From: Octopus bimaculoides
Taxonomy: Eukaryota
Length of the DNA: 64,000 nucleotides
Assembly (NCBI RefSeq): GCF_001194135.2
Contig: NC_068989.1
Span: 70,533,019 to 70,597,018, forward strand
Direction of reading: 5' to 3'
Numbering within the stretch: position 1 is the first letter of the stretch; each line of letters opens with the position of its first letter. The notes under the pieces are model-generated. The model had not been told where the DNA came from and made no database searches. It saw only the letters and a list, made by a program, of their open reading frames with translations. Shown piece after piece: positions 39,039-52,337 of this stretch. The position numbers were made by a program, and so were the translations under genes.

Positions 39039-39480
39039 CTGGTATTGTGGGCGGAGGCACTGCTTTACTCTTGGGTTTCGGTCCAAGAGGCGGCATAACA
39101 GGTTGCATCTTGATTATAGTGGCAGATGTCGGCCGGGATGTGGCACCCCCAATAGCACTTTTGGGTCGCTCGGCCCTGATGTGGCCGTAGGGTGATACCT
39201 GTTGTGTCTGGGCAGGGTCATGTGACTGGACTATTTGATCCAGCATGTCTCTAGACGATGATGGAGCCACGAACACTTGATCTGAGAGAGCAGGTCGAGA
39301 GTGTGTCTTTTCGTAAGCCGAAGAAATAGTGTGCGGGCGAGGCGGATCAGAATTTTGTACGTGTGGAGTGTTAGGCCAATTATTCCAGGTGGAACTAGTA
39401 GAGGGTGGATTCTCAGACGGTGTAGATGCATTCGAATCAATTCCTCGAGTGTCAACCCCGGTACTAGCGCTGTCAGTAGT
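39039..39480 (-). CDS. MTSS1: MTSS1/MIM exon TTDSAST...WNNWPNTP...RPHTISSAYEKTHSRPALS...RPKSA...PVMPPLGPKPKSKAVPPPTIP (442 nt, phase 0-1)
   Basis: Long GC- and CpG-rich open frame in an AT-rich background. Acceptor ttttctccAG, donor CAG|GTTTGG. RPHTISSAYE and the Pro-rich stretch fit invertebrate MIM proteins (recalled). Confidence 0.88.
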
Positions 39481-41372
39481 CTGGAGAAAACAAAACCAAA
39501 ACAAAAGATAAAAATAAAAACATGTTTAAAAGGATCAATTTAAAGAATTTTTTTTAATGTAGAAGGTTGTGTTAGTATTTTGCATGCAAAAGCTGCAAAT
39601 GAAAGTTCACACAGATGTTTCTGTGTAGGTTTTGGAATTAAAATAAGCAGGTTAACTTTGAAACAGCTGATTTTTGAAAATATCAAAACCAACCACACCA
39701 ATAATTTAGTGAAATTTATCAATGCTATAGTAGAAATTGAAGATATTGTTTGAGATTCTTCAACAGACCAACAAAACCAATTAAAACAGATTATTAATTG
39801 TCAAAGATTGACTGACAGGACAGTATGTAAAGTTTTACCGATTTAGAAATTTCTTTTCGTACATTTTTTTTTTTTTGCAACGTGGCCAGAAACATTTACA
39901 TTTCTGATATTCTAAGCCAAGTTACTATAAAACTAATATAGAGGCACTTTCATAAAAACTTAACAGTATTTCCCGACCTATTTTCTCCCAGGCCCCCAAA
40001 AAACATTTTTAATATTTTATCACAATTATTTAATACAAAAGAATCTACTAGTAACTCTTTTATTAAGTACTGAGTACAAGAAAAAAATTACATTATTGAC
40101 TAAGAAAAATCAAAAAAAAATCCCATGTGTCACCACAGTTTTCCCTGACCTCATCAGTGGAGTGTTTGACTCACTTGGAAATCATAATGGCTTGAGAAAA
40201 CCACAACAGTAATAAAAACTTTGTAATTATTTTCTATTGCTAAAATAGAAAAACCAAACAATGTTTAAAATGCTGGAGCACTGCCTCAAAGTGTTTCTGT
40301 TGAACAATTCAACCTCAGGACTTATGTTTAAGCCTAGTATTTATTCTATCCTGAACTGCTAAGTTATGGGGATGTAAACACACCAAGAATATTAATCCAA
40401 ATCTATTTTAAGCGCTTGTTTGCGAAGAGCATAACTAGAAATTGATTGGTAAATTTGAATCTTAACATTTCAAACCTAGTAAAAAAAAATTTTTTTAAAT
40501 GAAAAAAAGACTGGGGTATTAAAGAAAAACCTTCCTAACAAAACACCAAGATCAATCACTAAGGAAACCTTTAACTGGCTCAATGTTGCAGTCACACAAT
40601 ATTACAACATCATTATTTTAATCTCCATTAATGAATTTGCTAAGACAGATTTCCTATGGTTGAATGCACTTCCTGTCGCCAACTTTCATCTTGTTCCAAG
40701 TAAACTAATATTTCCCTATGGCTAGACATGTTTCAACAGAAAATTGTTAAAGAAGGATATCACTTGTATAACAGTGATACTCATTTACAACTATCATTTT
40801 ATATCAAGACAAGGAGACACCAACGCTTATACATGTATAAAAGAGAAAGAGCCCCATCAGTGATGAATGACCATCAGATTGCACCTAGAAAGTTACCCTC
40901 TGAGGTACAAATATGGGCAAGGTTGTTTATGGAAGACCAGCAGTCACCCATGCATACTAGCCTCCTCTCTCTATGCCACCAGTGTTATCCAAGGGAAAGG
41001 CAAAAGTCAATATAGCTTGGCAGCAGTGACATTGCAACTTATTTCTACAGCTGAGTGAACTGGAGCAATGTGAAATAAAGTGTCTTACTCAAGAACACAA
41101 CACACAGCCTGGTTCAGGAACTGAACTCACTACCTCATGATTGTGAGCCTGACACTAACCACTGAGCCATGTGCCTTCACATACATAAATATATGTGATG
41201 GGATTCTTCAGTTTCTGTCAACCAAATCTACTCACAAGGCTTTGGTTGGCTCCATGTAAAAGACACTTGTATTTAGAAAGTGTCACACAGTAGAATTGAA
41301 CCTGAAAGCATGTGGTTGGGAAGCAAATGTTTTGACCTCATAGCTACACCTGCATCTACAAAACTGAATATA

Positions 41373-41710
41373 GGTTTCAAATTTTGGCACAAAGCTAGCA
41401 AGTTCAGTAGAGGGGATGTCAATTATATCAACCCAAGTGTTCAACTGGTACTTATTTTATCGACCTAGAAAGGATGAAAGGCGAAGTCGACCTCGGCGGA
41501 ATTTGAACTCAGAATGTAAAGATGGATGAAATGCCACTAAGAAATTAATTTAATATTGGTTCCAGATTTTGGCACAAGGCCAGCAAGTTTGGAGAAGGGG
41601 TTGAGTCAATTATATCAACCCCACTACTCAACTGGTACTTATTTTACAAACTTAGAATGCCACTAAGCATTTTACTAAGCATGCTGATGATTCTGCAAGC
41701 TTGCCACCTT
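41373..41710 (-). mobile_element. Two family A SINEs
   Basis: Same motifs, including an undecayed gtcgacctcggcggaatttgaactcag. Confidence 0.8.
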
Positions 41711-43178
41711 TAACAGAACTGAATAATAAGAAAAAGAAAACTGAACAAAAATAAAACAGCATCAAAACAGATACCATGCCATTTTACATAGAACACTACT
41801 TTGGGTTACTAAAATGAGAGAATCAACCTGGAATTAACTAAGTTCAACCATTCTGAAGAATAAATTCCTGTAGAGTCATAAAGTATAAAATCGATAAATT
41901 TCAAAAGACTGAAAGAATTATCACATCTTTCATTCTAGCAATTTTATTATTATTATTACTAAATAAAAAAAATTAATTACGAGACATGAAATAACAGTAA
42001 AAAAATGTGTAGCAATTATATGCTGCTTTATTTTTTAAATACCCTGTCTTTGATCTGTTTCCTTTCTTTGGCATCAGTCAGATTAACAACTTGTACTTGA
42101 TAACATCTCATCATTTTTATCTTTCAATTTATCAAACTGCACTCACCTTAGATGTCTGCGGTCTGAGACTATGTTTATTCCAAGTTACCTTCTGGCTAAT
42201 ATTTTTGTTTGTTTCACTGACTAACCAAAATTTGAAAAATCACAGATCTGCTGTTCTACCTATTCTTTGATAACTGTAATTAAGCTGTTTCTCTAATGTC
42301 TGTTTTTGTAATTCCCCGACCCCTCATGCTTGCAGTAAAGGCAAATGGCCTAGTGGTGAGAGTGTTGGACTCATGATCTTAAGATTGTGGTTTCAATTCC
42401 TGAACAGAACAGTTTGTTGTTATCTTAACACCTGAGTTGAGGTAATAAGGTTCAATCTACACAAGAGATTAATATCAGAAGAATGTGTATTCCCAGATAT
42501 GTAGTAAAAGGAAATCATCAACATATGACAGTCTTCTTTCAGTTTCCCCACTCACAAGGCTTTTATCAGTCCAGGGCTATAGCAGAAAACATTTGCCCAA
42601 GGTGCCGTACAGCAGGACTGAACCGAAGACCATATGGTTGCGAAGCAAGCTTCTTATCCACCCAACCATGCCTTGCCTATTACTTTTCTGTCTTCTATAA
42701 TAGCAAAGTCTTCATGGCTTTGGCATTACTTTTGATAACTGCTTTGAAGTAATTAGGTATACAAACGGTAGAAAGGAAAATTGAAATGTTTTCTTTTTGC
42801 ATTTTCAAGAAAATCAATACATGATACCAGTAATAAAAAAGAAATATTAACTACAATTCAATTCTAGCAGCACCGTTAAAATTGGAGCTTCAAAGAGTAA
42901 TTATATATATATATATATATATATNNNNNNNNNNNNNNNNNNNNNNNNNNNNNNNNNNNNNNNNNNNNNNNNNNNNNNNNNNNNNNNNNNNNNNNNNNNN
43001 NNNNNNNNNNNNNNNNNNNNNNNNNNNNNNNNNNNNNNNNNNNNNNNNNNNNNNNNNNNNNNNNNNNNNNNNNNNNNNNNNNNNNNNNNNNNNNNNNNNN
43101 NNNNNNNNNNNNNNNNNNNNNNNNNNNNNNNNNNNNNNNNNNNNNNNNNNNNNNNNNNNNNNNNNNNNNNNAGAGCTG

Positions 43179-43211
<33 letters not shown>

Positions 43212-43622
43212 TGTCAATACATGTGTGTGTGTGTATATAAATGTGTAAATTATTTTATTCTTTTACTTGTTTCAGTTATTTTACTTTGGCCATGCTGGAG
43301 CACTGCCTTTAGTCGAGCAAACCGACTCCAGGACTTATTCTTTGTAAGCCTAGTACTTATTCTATTGGTCACTTTTGCTGAACTGCTAAATTAGGGGGAC
43401 ATAAACAAACCAACATTGGTTGTGGAACTATGGTGGGATACAAACACAGACACACTAATATATATATATGACAGGCTTCTTTCAGTTTCCGTCTACCAAA
43501 TCCACTCACAAGGCTTTGGTTGGCCTGAGGCTATAGTAGGAGACACTTGCTCAAGGTGTCATGCAGTGGGACTGAACCTGGAGCCATGTGGTTGGGAAAC
43601 AAGCTTCTTACCATATGCCACG

Positions 43623-43671
<49 letters not shown>

Positions 43672-43815
43672 ATGTATGTATGTATATATAGAGAGAGAGA
43701 AAGAGAGAGAAAGAGAAGGAAGGAGAGAGAGAGAGATAGGAAAAGAAGCAAGAAAAAAGAGAGCATGATAAAGAAAAAGACAGTAAAGAGAAAGGAGGAG
43801 AAAAAAACCAAAGGA

Positions 43816-43859
<44 letters not shown>

Positions 43860-44446
43860 AAGAGAGAGAAAGAGAGCAAATTAGAAAATAAAAAAGAAAA
43901 TATCAGGGAGCATAAATAAATAATTAAAAATAAAATTTTAAAAAAAGAAAAGAAACAGAAAGCCATTACAAGCAGAGCCTGTTTGTTAAAAGGCTTGAAG
44001 CCATGAAGTTGCAGAAAACAGAAGCAGATGTAGCCAATATTTTAGTTTTGTCAAAAGACAAATGACAAAAAGAAAGACAGAAAGAAAGAAAGAAAGAAAG
44101 AAAGATTATTGGTTAACAATCACCTTGTTAAAGATGTATTATTATTATTAAACCCAGAACAAAACAATGAAACCATACATATTTTCAAAGCAGTCTATAT
44201 TATTTTAATANNNNNNNNNNNNNNNNNNNNNNNNNNNNNNNNNNNNNNNNNNNNNNNNNNNNNNNNAGAATGTACCGTGACTTGTTTTTTTTTTCTGATT
44301 TGAGATGACTGAAATGCAAAAAAAAGAAATTTTATACTGGTGAGGTTTTTTGGGGAGCACAAGCACATGCAGGAAGGTAAGACAGCTAGAAGAAGTAACA
44401 ATAATAATAATATTAATAATAATAATAATAATAATAATGATAATAA

Positions 44447-44965
44447 TAAATCTTTCTACTATAGGTACAAGGCCTGAAATTTGGGGGAGAGAACTAGTCA
44501 GTTATATCGACCCCAGTGTTTCATTGGTACTCTCGACCCCGAAAGGATGAAAGGCAAAGTCAATCTCAGCGGAATTTGAACCCAGAACAAGCAGACAGAT
44601 GAAATTCTGCTAAGCATTTTGACCAGTGTGCTTATGATTCTGCCAGCCTGCCGCCTTTATAAGAATAATCCTTTCTACTATGGGCACAAGGTCTGAAATT
44701 TGGTGGGGAGAGACTAGTCGATTACATTGACACCAATGTATGACTGGTGCCTATTTTATCAACCCCAAAAAGGATGACAGGCAAAGTTGACCTGGGTGGA
44801 GTTTGAAATCAGAATGTAAGGAGTTCAAATTCTGCCCAGGTCAACCATACCTTTCATCCTTTCAGAGTCGATAAATTCAGTACCAGTTAAGCACTGGGAT
44901 TTATGTAATCAATTTACCCTCCCCACTGAACTTGCTGGCCTTGTGCCAAAATTTGAAACTAATAA
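44447..44965. mobile_element. Three family A SINEs: two on minus, one headless copy on plus abutting in inverted orientation
   Basis: 44821-44965 reads gagttcaaattc...cctttcatcctttc...ggccttgtgccaaaatttgaaactaataataa, the reverse orientation of its neighbours. Confidence 0.8.
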
Positions 44966-45282
44966 TAAAGAAAACAGAATAAACTAATATTAATAAGTAA
45001 ATCCATCTTTATGTATATAAGTGTGTATGTATACACACACACACATCCATACATATGCTTGAAATTACAGACAAGAGGAAAATGATATTCATTGTATGAA
45101 GTAGAGTATATATAATTTTAGTAAAATATAATTTTAACTATTATTAGTTAAAAGTCTTGCATTTCTGATGCAATATAACAAACAACTTGTTATATTGAAG
45201 TTGTTTGGCAATCATAAACTTGAAATTTTAAGTGACAACAAACAGTTTGAAACTATATATATATAATTGAGTAGTATATTAC

Positions 45283-45404
45283 TTACTGGTCATGGCATAT
45301 AACTAGTCAGAGTACATTTGAAGGGTCCTCAATATTGCTTAAGTGCAGTAGTCAACATGAAACCTATGGTAATATTCTGACTAGTTATATGGCATGACCA
45401 GTAA
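45283..45404. repeat. Fold-back element with 32-bp arms (2 mismatches) and 58-nt loop
   Basis: ttactggtcatggcatataactagtcagagta versus tattctgactagttatatggcatgaccagtaa. Confidence 0.85.
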
Positions 45405-48400
45405 CATATTGCTTGATAAAAATATAACCACTCTATTACTCATATCGAGTGTATTTTTTTTTCCTGACTTGTGGACAACTGGCTAATTATTTATATATAT
45501 GATATAGATATAAAATCTTGTAAAATTACTAATCAAACTTTACTCTCCAAATGAAATGTCTTATCTGTTTCTAATAGAAAATGAGGTTAAATCTTTGACT
45601 GCAGCATTTCTTTAAATACTACATTAATCTCTATTAATCAATGCTGGCTCAACATCAACCACACTGAAACATTTTCTAAATGTTAATTGACAGCAGGTGC
45701 CTGTCGGAAAAGCACGTGGGAAAGACCAGATAATGTTACTGTACCAGGGAACATTAAGACACAAAAGGCTGCAACCAGGAAATGACACATATAGACAAAT
45801 GTGATCTTGGCACTGAATCCAAATATTCTGTGATTATTTCTGGATATTAATGGTAATCAATTTAGAAAGGCTGCTGCAAATATAGTCAACATTGGCAGCA
45901 CTAATTAGAGACTTAAGTTCACTACCTTCTGCAACAAAACCAGAATGATAGGATGAGTGTATTTTTTTTTTTTGAACCAATAGAGAGACAATGATGAGTA
46001 AAGGAAGTGGTGGGAGTCACAGACAGAACAAATATCAACAAGTGGACTAATTACAACACTAAAATGTAATACAAGATATGAAAACCTTGAAAGAAACATA
46101 TGCTGAAAAGAAGAAATCTTTAGAAGAAAAATCGAGAGTATTTAATTCATCTGACTTCTGCTAAGGAAGACCATTTTACTGGCTTTCATTGCGTAATTCC
46201 TTTTTGAAAATAGACATGGAAATTAATTGGAAGAATTATTTGAATTAGGCTCAGAGTTAAAATCCAAGAGAGAATCAATTTCCGAAGGATGGATTCCTGA
46301 AACAGATATGACCAAAATTTCCTTTATTGCTCTGTGTAAGTTTTTAAATTCTTCTCAAAGAGTGCTTTTGGACCCAAAATGGGTTAATCCCGCCCACTTG
46401 CTTCTTAATAGCTTGAAGAATAAAGTTGTAAAACACAGCCATTAGTTGATGAAAATCTCTTTAACTGTTCTGTATAAATGTAATTCTTCTTTAAAAAACA
46501 GCTTTTGGACCCAAAGTGTTTTTTTTCTCTCCCTTCTAAAATAGCTTGAAGAATAAAGCTATACAACACTGCCATTGATAAAGGCTTTTAAGAAAAAGAT
46601 GGATGAATGAAAAAAAAATGTCTGTATTGAGGACATGCAGCACAATGAAGGGGATAAGGAGGTTAGATAGGAACTGTATGCACTATATTACAACAATGAG
46701 AGGAAATGATGCTAAACTAGTACACTATGAGCACACAAAAATGAATACATACTTGTTTCTTCAATAACACATGATATATTTTATTTATCTTTTCATATAA
46801 GATAAAGAAAATAAAGAAAAAAATAGCTTGGACCACTAGGATTTTTTTACAGAGACTGAAAAAACATCAAAAGCGACTGAAAAAATACCTAATGCTTCAA
46901 GCTTTTTTTTTTTGTGGTTTTTACAAGATAGCTTTCAGCCTACCCTACAGTATTTTTCTGTCTTTGCTTTCAAATGAAATTATTCTTGCCAAGATAAATC
47001 ACTAGTAATCTCTTAAAATTCCTTAGATTAATATATGAAATAAATAAAAAGCATGCTGTATTCCAACCAACATGTGAGCTTTCATTTGTTGTCAGTTTTT
47101 ACAGGTATTTTCTGTGAATGCTTAGAATTAAATACATTTTCCTTGTCTGTGAGTGTTAGGTCACTGTATAATCTACTTAGGCTATATCAAGTTCATTTCC
47201 CCAGCTAAATGGAATTCATACATGCAGTTAATAAAGTGATGCTGGTAAGTTTTATCATGTTAGTTTTGACATAACTATGAAAAGGTTCACCTGACATAGA
47301 AACTAGTCAATCTTTAGTTTTAGAAGATATAGCTATCTGTGGGACTGATAATTAGACCAAAACAATCAAGGAGAATATAAAACTAGACTTGGATATCCCA
47401 AGTAAAGTGAAAAGACTATGTTAAATGCTGAAAAGTTGCTTATTAAATGTCATTGTTAATAATTTCTCTTTTTGATTGAACTGCTTCGGAGAGAGAGAGA
47501 GAGAGAGAGAGAGAAGACCCCCTTTAGTCATGAATGACCATCGGATTGCACTTAGAAAGTTCCCCTTCGAGGTACAAGTCTGGGCAAGGTTGTTTATGGA
47601 AGACCAGTAGTCATCCATGTATGCCAGCCTCTCCTCTCCATGCCATTGATGTTATTCAAGAGAAAGGCAAAGGCTGATACAGCTTGGCACCAGTGACGCC
47701 ACAACTCATTTCTACAGCTGAGTGAATTAGAGCAATGTGAAATAAAGTGTCTTGCTCAAGAACACAGCACACAGTCCAGTCCAGGAATCAAACTCATTCC
47801 CTCATGATTATGAGCACAACGTTCTAAACATGGACAATTTTGAAATGAATTTTCAAGTTGAAATTACTTTCGAATATATTCTAATATCAATATTGAAGCC
47901 TGAGACAGAATTACAAGCTGCATTCAAAGACATGTTCAATGACTGAAGAAATATAATAAGATTCAAAAGACTCTTTCTGGAAAAGCTGTTAATCCCCCCA
48001 CCTGCTGACTTCAGCAAGAGGGACAACAGCAATAACATTTAATCTAATTAACAAGCGACCAAAGAGGATTAAAAAAAAAAGGTCAGAGATTAGTTTATCT
48101 TATCCTCAATGAAGACCACAGTGAAAGAAATTATTTTTAATAACAGTGAACACTTAATTATAAGTGAGGAATTAGGATTGTTGGATTATCAGATAAAGCA
48201 GATTATATAGTTTATGTTGACCAATGAAGATAGGAAAATATGTTGTGCCATGGATACCATATGTGACTTGTTTTCAAGTCTCTCATCAAAGCATCATGGA
48301 CATGTGATGGATATGCGTAGCTACTGGTGTAAAAAAAGTCACAATTTAAAAGCTTTGTAATTGATATGGAATGGACTAAAATGTTGTCTTGGAGAGATTT

Positions 48401-48867
48401 GTCTTATCTACAGAAATTAGAGTTCAACATCAGGTGCAATGGACCTGGTAGTTCATGAAAAAAATTGGCTTAGATAAATAAGCTTAACTCCTCTCTAGTT
48501 AACCAAAATGGTCAAATGAAATAAAGTTATCACACAAACATTATAGTCTTTTGTGGTTAATATTAGAGAAGGGAGTTCAGAAAGAAAGTTATTCAAATCT
48601 CTAGAACTGACTAACTTCCTGTAAATAAATGAAATAAAAGCAAGAGAGGAAACCAAGCAGGTGAATGTATAGGTAATTTATGATAATATCTGAAGCTGCA
48701 GCAAGAGATATTGATGATACATAAAAATAAAGAGGGGTTATTTTATTGCTTAACATCAAAATGTCAAGTAATAGTTCAATAAATAAATAAATAAGTAAAA
48801 ATAAAAATGCTTTCCTCAAGTAGGCTATCAGGTTTTGGTTTAACAAATTTATATTTTATATATATGT

Positions 48868-48898
<31 letters not shown>

Positions 48899-49823
48899 AA
48901 ATGTTATAAGAATTTAGGAACTTTGAGTGAACATGAAATAATTTGTTTTTAACAACTGAATTCTAAGTACAAAAGCTATAAATAATAGCATGTAAATATT
49001 AGGTTAAAAAACCATTTCGATAGAAAATGGTCAAAGGTTCTTTCTTTTCTTTTTTGTTAACCCAATATATACATTTCTTTTATTTTATTCTTTTACTCGT
49101 TCCAGTCATTAGACTACAGCTATGCTGGGGCACCATCTTGAAGTTTTAGTAAAACGAATTGACCCCAGTACTTATTATTGTTCAATTTGATACATATTCC
49201 TTTGCCAAGATTCTAAGTTATCAGTTGTCAAGCGGAGGTGGAGACAAATACAGACACAAACAAACACACACATGATGGGCTTCTTTCAGTCTTCAACTAT
49301 CAAATCCAGTCACAAGGCTTTGGTCAACCTGAGACTATAGTAGAAGACAGTTGACTAAGGTTCCACACAGTGAGACTGAACCCAAAGCCATGTGGTTGGG
49401 AAACAAGCTTCTTACCACACAGCCATGCCATACTATTATTCATAGCTTTTCTACTTTGAATTCAACTGTTAAAAAAAATGAATTCTGACTATGTATATAT
49501 AATTATTGTTAACTGTTAGTAAAGATGTAAATGGAATTCATGCTTTGTTATTGTTAGTGAGACAAGTGTGGTAGAAATAATGACATATACAATTACTACT
49601 GAAATTCTTTAACTAGTGGAAAGGGAATCTTTCTTGTATCATAGGCTTGTTTAGGTGAGACTATCTATTAAGAGTAGAACAGAGCACAGAGTTCTGCTTT
49701 GCAGGCAGTTTCGAATCAGGATAAAGTATGAGTCTGCAATGCATCAGCATGCATAGTTGGGAATGGTGAAGAGCTGCTGACCAGAGGCTATTTGCAATCA
49801 GCAAAATGGTTTACAGTGCTTAC

Positions 49824-49868
49824 TTGTTCAGCAGTAAGGTTCTCCTCAGAAATGTCCTCTGTTTTCTC
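49824..49868 (-). CDS. MTSS1: Probable 45-nt microexon EKTEDISEENLTAEQ (phase 0-0)
   Basis: Acceptor ttttcttcaaatttaAG, donor CAA|GTAAGC, open and frame-preserving between the 55162 and 39480 exons. No homology recognised. Confidence 0.6.
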
Positions 49869-50470
49869 CTTAAATTTGAAGAAAATTTAACAAGCTAGGT
49901 TTAGAGAATATGAATCTAGAAATGAAAACAATATCATGTGCATGCACATATAATGGAATCTGTTCATTGCGATCGCTTTGGGGAAGAATCCTTTTAGATA
50001 ACAACAAGCCAGCTGATAACATAAAACAGAGGATATGACAATACTCCCGAGTGTGTTTGGGACTCACTAACTTAGATAATAACCATTTGATAACACTATT
50101 TATGATTATAATAAGCAGCTTCTACTATATGCAGGTGTGTGTATATATATATATATTGTGTTTGTTTTTATGTCAAGTTATATGCAAAAACAATTTAACA
50201 TTAAACTGAAATATTACTCAATACTTTTTAATAGAGTACCATATTTATCATATTTTTTCAAGTTTGGACTTGCTTGCCTTTGTCAGACAAAGGTGGGCAA
50301 GCCAAATCTTTGAAATCACAGTTAACCTTTTTCTATTTAAATCACACACACGACAGAAGTAAATAGACACCCCTTAAACATCATTTTATGTTTATTCTAA
50401 CTTGTAAAGCTTTATGTTCGTTATTAATTGACATTTCTACGTTTCAGGTTCTACATGTGACTGTTTAATT

Positions 50471-50600
50471 ATGTCATGTACAAGAGAAGCCTTGGAACTG
50501 TCTGAATTTCAAAGAGGCTGTATTGTGGGTCATTCTGAAGGTGGACACAGCATAAAATTGCAGAAAACCTTGGGATACTACTTTCTACAGTTCAGCTCTG
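50471..50600 (+). mobile_element. Tc1-family transposase N-terminal HTH fragment
   Basis: MSCTREALELSEFQRGCIVGHSEGGHS / frameshift / KIAENLGILLSTV resembles the Tc1 paired-like HTH. Confidence 0.65.
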
Positions 50601-51079
50601 ATCTAGCAAAATCCATAATGAAAAATGGATTCCAGCTGTGAGCATCACACTGATTTTGTATTTTTGTCTTTTTGCAACAGTGTATCTAGGACCACTGGCA
50701 AACAGTTATTTAGTCATAAACCAGCTCTGACTGAGCAAACCTATGATGGAAACAGTTTCTATCATGACCATCTTACCTTTATATAGTTAAGGTGTGTGGC
50801 TAAGAGGTTCAGGTATTCAGCTCAGGCTTGTAAAGTCCTGAGTTCAATACTTAGTGGTGCTTTGTGACCTTGAGCAAGACACTTTATTTAACACTGCTCC
50901 ACTCCACTCCACTCCAATCAGTGGGCAAAAATTGAGTAATACCTGTATTTCAAAGAGCTGGCCTTGTTACACTTTGTGTCAAGCTGAATCTCCAAGAATT
51001 ACATTAAGGGAATGCATACCTGTGGAGTGCTCAGCCACTTAACTGGAACATTTGTCCTTGTAACTGATGGAGTGCCAGT

Positions 51080-51130
<51 letters not shown>

Positions 51131-51486
51131 GTACAGTGTATGTAGGACCATATGAACACCAAGAAGTGCAGTCTATCACATACAAATAAAACTAATTCAG
51201 AATAGAGGTCACTCTTCATGCTTACATGAAACAACCTCTCTAGTACCACTAGCATGTTGCATGTGGGCAGCACACATTGTAAAGCAGCTAGCAATAAGAA
51301 GAGTGTTCAGCTATTGAAGCCAAGCTAAAGACAGAACAAGAATGAGATGTTGATTAAGCTGAACCATATTGCAGGTTTCCTCTGTAGAAGGGCAGTAACT
51401 TCAAATAAGAATTCACATGAACTGTAATAACCCATCCCAAGCCACAAGACAAACTAGCATGAAAAACAAATGTAAAATGGATGAGG

Positions 51487-51523
<37 letters not shown>

Positions 51524-52337
51524 CTCATATATGTGTGTGTGCATGTGTAAATGTAATGTTCTATCATTTGAAAGTTGTTGTTAAAGCAGATAACAACAAA
51601 AAAAAAACAGGCAAAATAAAAAAAAAAATAGAAAGCATTTGGCTAAGCATTATCAGAACATTTACAAATGAACCCCATCCTCCCACCATCTCACTGTGAC
51701 ATCTAAAATAAAACAGGTGTTTTACTCAACAGACCAACAATAACAACAAAAATATACTGCAGCGTTCATAACAATAATTAAAATAATTAAATAAAAAAAA
51801 TAAAAAAACGCAAAAGATTCTAAGCCAGTATAGGTTAGAATGAACTTCAGCTAGCTTTCATTTATTTGGTTTTTATTTAAATGTTTAGCTTAGATTTAAA
51901 GTCTTATACACTTCTGTCTTGAGTAACAAAATAATACTAAGTAATAATAATACTAATAATAATAATCCTTTCTTGAGGGAGGGGGTGAGTTGATTACATT
52001 GACTCTACTGTTCAATTGCTACTTTTATCTCATCAACCCCAAAAGGATGAAAAGCAAAGTTGACCTTGGCAGCAATGGAACTCAGAATGTGAAGAGCTGG
52101 AAGAAATGCTGTTAAGCATTTTGTTGGTGTTTGTAGAACTTGGTCTAACTAGAATTAGATAAATATGACATTTCATGGATATATTTTTTATTCAATTGCT
52201 GCTTCATGCAACTTTGATTATTTAATTCAAGCTTGACCAAGCTGTTTGTATGTCAGCAAACATATCCTTCACTGTTTTACTATGCTAAATATGATTTTAC
52301 TTGACTACAATAATATATACATACATACATACATATA

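Noticed and set aside
47990-48030. 7-nt AG...GT micro-exon candidate (gaag|TCAGCAG|gtgggg)
   Set aside because: It would shift the frame between two phase-0 exons.
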